Assembly: GCA_000091165.1 (NCBI GenBank)
Contig: FP565575.1
Span: 1,500,001 to 1,532,000 of the forward strand
From: Candidatus Methylomirabilis oxygeniifera
GTDB taxonomy: Bacteria > Methylomirabilota > Methylomirabilia > Methylomirabilales > Methylomirabilaceae
Direction: 5' to 3'
DNA length: 32,000 nt
The notes under the pieces are model-generated. The model worked only from the letters and a program-made list of their open reading frames with translations, was not told the origin of the DNA and ran no database searches. Positions within the stretch are counted from its first letter, which is position 1, and each line of letters opens with the position of its first letter. Position numbers and translations under genes: made by a program. Shown piece by piece: positions 24,893 through 32,000 of the stretch.

Positions 24893-26940
24893 GCCTCTCC
24901 CTCCTTCATGAATTGGGCGAGCGCCGGGGTCAGTCGCGCAAGTGCGGCCTCCATGGTCGCGAACGTCTGCCCGGCGTGAGTCACATCTCCGTCACGACCC
25001 ATCGCCTCCAACCGCCCGAGCGCCTCAACGGCAATCCGCGCGCCGAACATGCCGGCTGCGCCCTTCAAGCTATGCGCGACCTGCATAAGCGCCGCGCCAT
25101 CACCACGTCTGACAGCATCGCGAATCTCCTGAAGCCGCTTCGGACAGTCATCGAGGAACAGACGTATCAGCCTCCGAAGCAGGCCCACGTCACCATCGAC
25201 GAGAACCAGGACAGCCTCCCGGTCGAAGCCTGACACGAGCGAGGTCGACGCGTCCGCCCCTGCCGTCGACGATCGGCCGACTGTCTCAAAACCCCCCGTT
25301 CCCCCCTTTGACAAAGGGGGGCGAGAGGAGATTTCTGAGCTTGGTGGGGATTGTGTGCTGGGCGTGACAACTGTCATAGCCATGGGCGTGCCGCCAACGC
25401 ATGAAGTATCAGTAAGACTCTCATTATGGTCGAGACCGGAAGCCCTCGCGCACAGACGCGCAATAGCCTCGTAGAGCGCCTTGGCCTGGATCGGCTTTGA
25501 GAGGTAATCGTCCATCCCTGCCGCCAGGCAGCGCTCCCGGTCACCATTCATGGCATGAGCCGTGAGCGCGAGAATCGGCAGATGGGCGCCGCTTCCTCGC
25601 TCACGCTCGCGGATGGCGGCAGTGGCTGAGATGCCATCCATTTCCGGCATCTGTACGTCCATCATCACCAGGTCGAACTGCTCCCGCTCCAGGGTAACCA
25701 GCACCTCGCGACCGGTACCGGCCACAGCCACGGTGTGCCCTGCCTTCTCCAGCAGCCGAACCGCCAGTATCCGGTTGACCGGGTTGTCCTCTGCCAGTAG
25801 GATGCGAAGACGGCGACATACGGCCGGGGTCTGGACTACCTGATCCCGGATCACGCCGGCCGCCACGCCACTGTTCGAAGCATTGGCTGAAGGCGACTGC
25901 ACGCCGAATCGTGCGGTAAAATGGAATGTGCTCCCCAACCCTGGCTCACTCTCAACCCATATCCGGCCGCCCATCATTGTGACCAGGTGGGCCGTAATGG
26001 TCAGACCCAAACCGGTCCCGCCGTACTGGCGTGTCGTCGAACCGTCCACCTGGATGAAAGGATCGAAGATGACGTGCCGTTTCTCAGGCGGGATGCCGAT
26101 CCCTGTATCGGTCACCGAGCAGTACAGCACACATTGTCTAAGATCAGCTTCTACGATGGCCTGTGCGCGGACTGCTATTCCGCCTCGTTCGGTAAACTTG
26201 ATGGCGTTGCTGACCAGGTTGACCACAATCTGGCGCAAGCGCGTCGGATCGCCCACCAGCGTATCCAGTACGTCAGGTAGAATCTCCCACGTCAGCGTCA
26301 GATCCTTTCGGCCGGCCTGCAGCGTGAGCGGCCGGAGCGTCGCATGAAGGATCTCGCCCAGACTGAACGGGATAGCCTCCAGGTTGAGCTTGCCCGCCTC
26401 GATCTTTGAACAATCAAGAATGTCGTTCAACAGACCGAGAAGTGACTCGGCGGAACTCTTCACCAGGTCAAGGTACTCCCGCTGCTCCGTGCTCAGATGC
26501 GTATCCAGCACGAGCTCCGTCATCCCGATAATGCCGTTCATCGGCGTCCGGATCTCATGGGACATATTCGCGAGGAACTCCGATTTGAGACGGGCAGCGA
26601 TTTCCGACTGGGCTCTGGCCTGTTCGAGCGCCTTATTGGCGGTCTCGAGCGTCACTGCGTAATCACGCACCTCTCGGGTGCGATCCTGGACCTCTTGTTC
26701 AAGGCGCTCCAGGTAGGTTCGTTGCTCCGCCAAACGAGCGTCGCGCTCTCCCAGCATCGCAGCCATGAGTTGCTCATGCTCAAGCTGGAAGACCTGATAC
26801 TGTTGCGTCTGTTGCCGGAGGCGTGTCTCGATATAGGCTATGGCATCGGCGCAATCGCTCATCGCGATACCGTCGGTCGATTGGTCTTGGCTCACCTCCT
26901 GACCAAAGATGCTGTCAAGTTGCGTTTCGGAAATAGCCAC
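24889..26940 (-). CDS. Hybrid sensor kinase: coiled-coil-HisKA-HATPase-REC-Hpt
   Basis: 683 aa, no TM or recognisable sensor domain. N-terminal coiled coil. H-box [46 protein letters not shown] ([30 protein letters not shown]). C-terminal Hpt ([14 protein letters not shown]). GTG start at 26940. The stop region overlaps the next kinase start by 4 nt. Confidence 0.9.
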   Translation of the reverse strand: MAISETQLDSIFGQEVSQDQSTDGIAMSDCADAIAYIETRLRQQTQQYQVFQLEHEQLMAAMLGERDARLAEQRTYLERLEQEVQDRTREVRDYAVTLETANKALEQARAQSEIAARLKSEFLANMSHEIRTPMNGIIGMTELVLDTHLSTEQREYLDLVKSSAESLLGLLNDILDCSKIEAGKLNLEAIPFSLGEILHATLRPLTLQAGRKDLTLTWEILPDVLDTLVGDPTRLRQIVVNLVSNAIKFTERGGIAVRAQAIVEADLRQCVLYCSVTDTGIGIPPEKRHVIFDPFIQVDGSTTRQYGGTGLGLTITAHLVTMMGGRIWVESEPGLGSTFHFTARFGVQSPSANASNSGVAAGVIRDQVVQTPAVCRRLRILLAEDNPVNRILAVRLLEKAGHTVAVAGTGREVLVTLEREQFDLVMMDVQMPEMDGISATAAIRERERGSGAHLPILALTAHAMNGDRERCLAAGMDDYLSKPIQAKALYEAIARLCARASGLDHNESLTDTSCVGGTPMAMTVVTPSTQSPPSSEISSRPPLSKGGTGGFETVGRSSTAGADASTSLVSGFDREAVLVLVDGDVGLLRRLIRLFLDDCPKRLQEIRDAVRRGDGAALMQVAHSLKGAAGMFGARIAVEALGRLEAMGRDGDVTHAGQTFATMEAALARLTPALAQFMKEGEA
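25288..25333. repeat. Composite G/C-run palindromic element (copy C), in frame within the REC-Hpt linker
   Basis: AAAACCCCCC-GTT-CCCCCCTTT-GAC-AAAGGGGGG-CGA-GAGGAGATTT. Same architecture and orientation as 20550-20597. Translated within the kinase as [21 protein letters not shown]. Confidence 0.7.
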
Positions 26941-26949
26941 GGTGCATTC

Positions 26950-27828
26950 TCAGATATTGATCAGGGCGTGAGCCTTAGCCATCTCGCCGTCCATATCGTC
27001 ATATAAGACCTTTAAGCCCATCCGGTCGATCGACAACGCGGCCAGAGTTGAGGCACTCGGAGGCGCAATATGAGAAGCGCCCATCGAACGGATCCCTTTC
27101 GATGCGCAGATAAAGTTGGCGACCTCTACTGCCTGCACGATAAACCGGGATTCATCGCTGCAACGCTCAGATGCATGGTGATGGCGGATCGCAGTCAGGA
27201 TGACCGGTGAAAAACGCCATTGCTCGGCCACTCGTGCCCCCAACTGCGCGTGATCGAAGCCAAGATGCTCACGCTCGGTCTGACAAAGGGATATGCCGGG
27301 CTTGAGGACCGTGACGATCCCGGCAAATGGCTGATGGAGATACTGATCCAGCAGGACAATGCCCACATCGTGAAGGAGACCTGCCAGAAAGGCTTCGCTG
27401 AATGTTCGTAACCCGGCACGCGAGGCGACCAGACGCGACGCCAAGGCCACACAGACCATATGTCGCCACAACCCCCTGCGAGTATACGATCCGACCACTG
27501 TGTCTTTCTTAAAGCGCTCGGCGACCAACGCGGTCATGGCCAGGTTTCTGACCTCGTTGGTGCCCAAAATATTGATGGCCCATGTAACGGTCTGAACCGG
27601 GCGACGAAGACCGTAGGCTGCCGAGTTCGCCGTACGCAGGATTCGAACCGCCAGGGAGGGATCGCTTCCGACCGCCGTCTCGAGAGCGGCGGCGGAAGAT
27701 CGCGGGTTATTCATCACCTCAATGATCTGAAGGGCGATATGCGGGATTGTGGAGATCTCGCGGATCTGCGCGATCATCTCCTCTAACGATGGTGTGGACG
27801 TGTCGACCGATACTCCATAAACGTTCAA
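26950..27828 (-). CDS. HDOD domain protein (HD-related output domain, signalling accessory)
   Basis: 292 aa. IPHIALQIIEVMNNPRSSAAALETAVGSDPSLAVRILRTANSAAYG and AFLAGLLHDVGIVLLDQYL match the HDOD pattern. TTG start at 27828; an internal ATG about 17 codons downstream is also possible. Its stop lies 9 nt upstream of the next kinase start. Confidence 0.85.
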   Translation of the reverse strand: MNVYGVSVDTSTPSLEEMIAQIREISTIPHIALQIIEVMNNPRSSAAALETAVGSDPSLAVRILRTANSAAYGLRRPVQTVTWAINILGTNEVRNLAMTALVAERFKKDTVVGSYTRRGLWRHMVCVALASRLVASRAGLRTFSEAFLAGLLHDVGIVLLDQYLHQPFAGIVTVLKPGISLCQTEREHLGFDHAQLGARVAEQWRFSPVILTAIRHHHASERCSDESRFIVQAVEVANFICASKGIRSMGASHIAPPSASTLAALSIDRMGLKVLYDDMDGEMAKAHALINI

Positions 27829-28048
27829 TGTGGCCGCTCCCTCTCCTGAATCTGCATTCTGATGTCGCCCCGACCACCCCGCACCCCTCGGCGTTCTCCA
27901 GATAAGTGAGATGAACCTCCGGGTAAGGGGTGATCAGGACTATGACCCGACGAATATGTTATCGTACCGACAGGCCGATTTCTTGAGGGGAATCTACCCG
28001 ATTGGCCCCATCCCCACCTATAGCCGGAGAAGGAGTGGGCTTCGCCGC

Positions 28049-29740
28049 TTATGGCCTATACACGCACACGAGATCCTGGCGGAGCGCCTCTCGGGCCTCT
28101 ACGACGACGGCCTGAAGGAGCGACTGAAGTTCTGTTGGAGGGTTGAGTCCAAGCGCGTGTTCGGCGGTCTGCAGTGCCTTGAGCGGTTCTCCGGCGCCGA
28201 GCGCGGCGATCGCCAGGCCGCTCCAGTCGGAGGGCGTCGGATTCGCAAGGGCGCACAGCGCCTCGTATACGGGAACCGCCGCCGTCCACGCCTCCAGACT
28301 CCATAATGCCTTGCCGATGAGGCGATAGAGTGCGGGTTCAACCACCCCTTGCTGGAGAAGCGTATGACCCTCCTCTACCAACTCCGACCATCGCCCCAGT
28401 TGCGCATATGCCTGACAGAGGCCAAGGCGGGCGTTCTGCAACTCAGGCTCTCCGGCCAGGGCCTCTCGAAATGCTTGCATGGCTTTTTCGGAATCGCCAA
28501 GCTGGTTGTGCGCAGCCCCGATGTTGACGAAAAGCGAGGGAGTGGTATCCCCCAATCGGTGGGCGGTCTCGAACGCCTCAAGGGCAGCATCCGGCCGACC
28601 CATGGCAAGGTGAATCACACCCAAGAGCGTATGCGTACCAGGAAAATCCGCATTCACACGAATCGCCTGGCACACGGAGTTCCGCGCTGCCTCGTACTGC
28701 TGGAGTTTGTATTGGACGGTCCCCATCAGCAACCATGGCGCCCACGGCACAAGTCGGACGGGATGCCCGGGCTGCTCTGGGCGATGCGCGAATTCGACCG
28801 CCTTGCGGAACTGTTCGAGCGCGGTCTCCGGCTCCTGCTTGTGATCGTAGGCCTGGCCCAGGTAGAGATAGGCTGACGCGAGCGCGGGCCACAGGGCGAT
28901 CGCCTGCCGGAGGGCCGCAATGGCTTCGTCAGGCGCCTCCTGCAGCAGGTGCAGCACGCCGAGTTGCTGACAGGCCAACGCAGCGGTGGCATCGCCGATC
29001 GTCTGTTGCCCCCGTGTCCGTTCGCAATCAAACAGTGCAAGCGCCCGCCGATAGCTCGCAATGGCCTGATCCTGCTGCGACAGCGTCATATGCGTCTCAG
29101 CCAACTGGATCCAGGTCAAGCTGTCCTCCGGCGTGCGGCTAACTTGGTCCTCGAGCAGCCGAAGATTTCGCATCGCTTTAGCCTGCATGACCTCATGGGT
29201 TTGAAGATAGCCAAGGTGCTCCAGCGTCATCTCCGAGTAGATGATCTTGCCTTTGCCCCTCAGAGAAGGTAAGAGACATTCATGTATGACTCCCTCGTAC
29301 CTCGCCCCGATCCTGCTTCGAAACAGCCGCGGCAACCATCTGAGTGGAATCGTCCCCAACGCACTGCCGCCATGAGTCGGACACTGAAGCTTCACGAGAT
29401 AGGCGGCCACATCGGGGACCTCGACCAGGTCACGCATCAGGGGTCCGCTGTTGCCGACAAGCCGTTCATCGGCATCCAAGACGAGAATCCAATCGCCGAC
29501 CGCACGGCGAAGGGACTGGTTCCGGGCGGCGGCAAAGTCGTCGCGCCATTCCTCACGGAAGACCCGTGCCCCGGCCGCAGTGGCGATCTCGACCGTCCGA
29601 TCTGTCGATCCCGTATCGACAACGACGATCTCATCCACAAACGGGCCGGCGTTCGCGAGGCAGTCCGGTAAATACCGCTCCTCATTCTTCACGATCATGC
29701 AGAGGCTTACGATCTCCCGCCTCTTGACCCGCTTGCCCAT
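28049..29740 (-). CDS. Family-2 glycosyltransferase fused to C-terminal TPR repeats (paralog of 20358-22328)
   Basis: 563 aa. VSLCMIVKNEERYLPDCL...IVVVDTGSTDRT...DDFAAARNQSL...WILVLDADERL is nearly colinear with the other GT2-TPR, followed by TPR-like repeats. Its start lies 2 nt after the upstream GT stop. Confidence 0.87.
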   Translation of the reverse strand: MGKRVKRREIVSLCMIVKNEERYLPDCLANAGPFVDEIVVVDTGSTDRTVEIATAAGARVFREEWRDDFAAARNQSLRRAVGDWILVLDADERLVGNSGPLMRDLVEVPDVAAYLVKLQCPTHGGSALGTIPLRWLPRLFRSRIGARYEGVIHECLLPSLRGKGKIIYSEMTLEHLGYLQTHEVMQAKAMRNLRLLEDQVSRTPEDSLTWIQLAETHMTLSQQDQAIASYRRALALFDCERTRGQQTIGDATAALACQQLGVLHLLQEAPDEAIAALRQAIALWPALASAYLYLGQAYDHKQEPETALEQFRKAVEFAHRPEQPGHPVRLVPWAPWLLMGTVQYKLQQYEAARNSVCQAIRVNADFPGTHTLLGVIHLAMGRPDAALEAFETAHRLGDTTPSLFVNIGAAHNQLGDSEKAMQAFREALAGEPELQNARLGLCQAYAQLGRWSELVEEGHTLLQQGVVEPALYRLIGKALWSLEAWTAAVPVYEALCALANPTPSDWSGLAIAALGAGEPLKALQTAEHALGLNPPTELQSLLQAVVVEAREALRQDLVCVYRP

Positions 29741-29742
29741 CC

Positions 29743-32000
29743 TCAGCTACGACAGGCGGCAGCAGGTTGATCGCAGTGTACGTACGTGTCAAGGGCCGTA
29801 GCCACCGTCCGGCCGGCCTCCCGAACCCGTACACCGAAATCGGCCAGCGACGCAGCAAGATCCAGGTCCTCACGAAGCGGCCCGATCGTGCGACACACCG
29901 CCGGATTAAACACGATGCAGGATGGGACAAGGTGATCCGTCACCGCAAGCTGTTTCCCATAGCGATGAGCCCGGCGCAGGACGAACTGGCGGAGCGCTTT
30001 GCCGGTCCCTTTGTAGTCAGCCTTGACCTGTTGCGGGGCCAGACCATCGTTCATCGCGGGACCGACCATGGCAAGGTGTGGGTCGCGATCACAGGCAGTC
30101 AGCAGGCGCTTCAACCACCCTGGCGTAACGACCACGTCACCCGACAGCAGGATCACCGGCTCGTCACCCGACGATTGGAGCAACCGGTTGAGCAGTTGTA
30201 CGGCAGGTACGTCAGCGGTTCCGATCTGCCACCCATCCGGACACGATGGCTGAGGCGGTGGAGCGCATCCGTTCCCGTTGCCGGTCGAAGGACTGATCGT
30301 AATAGCTAACGGCTGGTTCGTGTGTTGGACCAGCGACGACCACAACGGGGTAATTCCATGACCGTTGGGAATAATGATGGCGCTGAACGGGGTCTCTCCC
30401 ATGACGGCGGGCTCGCACCGGCCGGGATCCTCGCTAATCTCCCGCCACCACCGGCCGTCACTGTCACACCGGTGGTCAGCACCGACGTCAGGAAGCGGAA
30501 CCGACAACGGCGCGCTCGGAGCCGACTGTGGCGGAAAGCGATACCCTTTTTCGTATAGCGCATCGTCGGGGATACCCCACTTCGCCTTGAACAACCCCCA
30601 GTTGCGCATGAGGCTCTGACGGTAGTCGATCTTCGCAGTCTTGAACGTTTGGCTCCCAGTATGGTGGACAAAGACATCCAGCGCGATCCGCGCCCGAAAA
30701 CCGACCTGGAATGCCCGGATACAGAAGTCGTCATCCTCGAAGTTGCCGCTGCCGAACTGCTCATCCAGCCCCCCGATACGCGCAATGACCGCTTTGCGCG
30801 CAAGCAGGCAGAAGCCGACAACCCTGGTCGCCTCTCGACTTTGCCCGTCCTGGCTTTGAGCCCACCCCGCCGCAAATACGGCAAGCCCCTCACGTCCCTG
30901 ATATGAGGTCTCCCGCACCAGTTGGGGACCCGACACATAATTGGACATCGGTCCAACGATACCGACATCGGGATGCGCGTTGAAAACCCGGAGCATCCGC
31001 GTGAGCCACCCTTCGGTGACAACGGTGTCGTTGTTGAGCAACAGCACATACTCGCCTTTGGCCAGCGCAAGCCCCTGATTGTTGCCGGCGGCAAACCCTC
31101 GATTCGTCGCATTTGCAACGATCCGGACATTGTCGTGAGCGGCCATGTACTCACGCAAGTAGGCGAGCGTACCGTCGGAAGAGGCGTTGTCCACAATGAT
31201 GAGCTCATGCGGCTCTGGAGTGTGCGCCTGGATACTCGCTAGGCATGGCCGCGTATGCTCAAGCCCATTGTGGGTGAGGATGATGATCGACGTGAGGCGT
31301 GAGGCGTGAGGCGTGAGAGGCGATTCGGTCTTCGGCATTCGGCCTTCCGCCTGCTGTGTCGTTACTTCAGCCTTCAGCCTTCGGCCTTCGGCCTTCATTG
31401 TTGGCTTAAACCAGTTGATACCCCACAACTCCACCGGGCTGGGAACGTTGCCGACGCCATAGTGGACTTCGAGTTTCGCGTACAGTTTGTCCGTACTCTC
31501 CTGAACAAGCCGCGACGTCTTCGTCTCCGCCTCCGACTTGAAACTGACCTGACCTTCGTGGTGAACGAAGGTGTCGGTGGCCACAAGCAATGTATAGCCC
31601 TTCAGCCGCAATCGCCACGACAGATCAAGGTCGTCGTTTCCCAGGAACAGCTCCTCATCCAGCAGACCGACCTCATTCAACGCCCGACGTGGCAACATCA
31701 GGCAGAAACCAATAAGGAGTTTAGTCTCTACGGCGCATCCTCGATTCACCCGCGCCATCTGTTCGGCGATCTCCGCGACGGTACGGCCGTTCTTCAGTTC
31801 AGGTTTATAGAGTTGATATTTTTGCAGCCCCGCCACGTAATCTGAAACCGGTCCGACCGCTCCTACCCCTGGTCCGAAATGGCCGATTAATCGATCCACC
31901 CACCCAGGCGTCACAACGGTATCGGGGTTGAGCAAAACTACGTATTCGCCGGATGACGCGCGGATCCCTTGATTGCAGGCGGCTGAAAACCCGACATTGT
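29743..32000 (-). CDS. Multi-domain glycosyltransferase (GT2 - repeat linker - GT2 - degenerate GT2-like); the N-terminus lies beyond the window edge
   Basis: The frame stays open to nt 32000: my translation of 31998-31936 gives NVGFSAACNQGIRASSGEYVVLLNPDTVV, a GT2 core, so the track start at 31935 is not the real start. Domain 2: SIIILTHNGLEHTRPCL...IIVDNASSDGT...NRGFAAGNNQG...LLLNNDTVVTEGW...EDDDFC. Domain 3: FSAIIIPNGHG...VILLSGDVVVTPGW. Confidence 0.85.
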   Translation of the reverse strand, partial: NVGFSAACNQGIRASSGEYVVLLNPDTVVTPGWVDRLIGHFGPGVGAVGPVSDYVAGLQKYQLYKPELKNGRTVAEIAEQMARVNRGCAVETKLLIGFCLMLPRRALNEVGLLDEELFLGNDDLDLSWRLRLKGYTLLVATDTFVHHEGQVSFKSEAETKTSRLVQESTDKLYAKLEVHYGVGNVPSPVELWGINWFKPTMKAEGRRLKAEVTTQQAEGRMPKTESPLTPHASRLTSIIILTHNGLEHTRPCLASIQAHTPEPHELIIVDNASSDGTLAYLREYMAAHDNVRIVANATNRGFAAGNNQGLALAKGEYVLLLNNDTVVTEGWLTRMLRVFNAHPDVGIVGPMSNYVSGPQLVRETSYQGREGLAVFAAGWAQSQDGQSREATRVVGFCLLARKAVIARIGGLDEQFGSGNFEDDDFCIRAFQVGFRARIALDVFVHHTGSQTFKTAKIDYRQSLMRNWGLFKAKWGIPDDALYEKGYRFPPQSAPSAPLSVPLPDVGADHRCDSDGRWWREISEDPGRCEPAVMGETPFSAIIIPNGHGITPLWSSLVQHTNQPLAITISPSTGNGNGCAPPPQPSCPDGWQIGTADVPAVQLLNRLLQSSGDEPVILLSGDVVVTPGWLKRLLTACDRDPHLAMVGPAMNDGLAPQQVKADYKGTGKALRQFVLRRAHRYGKQLAVTDHLVPSCIVFNPAVCRTIGPLREDLDLAASLADFGVRVREAGRTVATALDTYVHCDQPAAACRS
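31291..31399. repeat. Block of heptanucleotide tandem repeats inside the multi-GT ORF: (CGTGAGG)x4, (MTTCSGY)x4, (CTTCRGC)x5
   Basis: Direct reading. CGTGAGG x3 plus CGTGAGA at 31291-31318. ATTCGGT CTTCGGC ATTCGGC CTTCCGC at 31323-31350. CTTCAGC x2, CTTCGGC x2 and CTTCATT at 31365-31399. Translated as KAEGRRLKAE...ESPLTPHASRLTS between two GT2 domains. Confidence 0.85.

Noticed and set aside
27959-27986. TCAA-N16-TACGATAA on the - strand in the 220-bp spacer upstream of the HDOD gene (possible sigma-28 promoter)
   Set aside because: Only 6/8 in the -10, 2/4 in the -35, and the spacer is one nt too long. It would be attractive because it would place the phosphorelay in the late class, but the sequence support is weak without TSS data.
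27911-28306. 131-aa + strand ORF spanning the spacer and the 3' end of the GT2-TPR gene
   Set aside because: Most of it is antisense to the GT2-TPR coding region, and it has no motifs or RBS.
30306-31208. 300-aa same-strand alternative-frame ORF inside the multi-GT gene
   Set aside because: The other frame (29743-32000) encodes canonical GT2 motifs. This frame gives a Arg/Ser/Trp-rich sequence without motifs.

Overview
GC-rich (about 60% by eye) bacterial chromosomal window, almost entirely a flagellar/motility locus. Only motAB is on the + strand; every other gene is on the - strand. Read along the - strand (high to low coordinates) it contains: (1) a glycosylation and signalling block: a multi-domain GT2 glycosyltransferase that runs off the 3' window edge, a GT2-TPR protein, an HDOD protein, a coiled-coil HK-REC-Hpt hybrid kinase, a REC-REC-PAS-HK-REC hybrid kinase and a second GT2-TPR paralog. 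(2) A late flagellar block: flagellin, fliS, fliD, flaG and two small ORFs, followed by a REC-SHOCT protein and a REC-GAF-HD-GYP c-di-GMP phosphodiesterase. (3) A soluble pseudo-receiver histidine kinase plus a sigma-54 activator, behind a good sigma-70-type promoter. (4) motAB on the + strand, behind a near-consensus sigma-28 promoter. (5) cheY-like, PAS kinase and a second sigma-54 activator, behind a consensus sigma-54 promoter. (6) flgB-flgC-fliE-fliF-fliG-fliH-fliI, behind a second consensus sigma-54 promoter. Many junctions show start/stop overlaps (ATGA or TGATG) that suggest translational coupling. No rRNA, tRNA, CRISPR, transposase or integrase was recognised. The most unusual points are: a multi-step phosphorelay plus HDOD protein nested between paralogous GT2-TPR genes directly upstream of flagellin; c-di-GMP and REC-SHOCT signalling genes at the end of the flagellin block; and three short repeat families. 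The repeat families are heptanucleotide tandem tracts, G/C-run palindromes and one MITE-like long hairpin. They fill the intergenic spacers and in three places are read through in frame inside large ORFs. Taxon cannot be assigned without a database search. All homology calls rest on motif recognition by eye.
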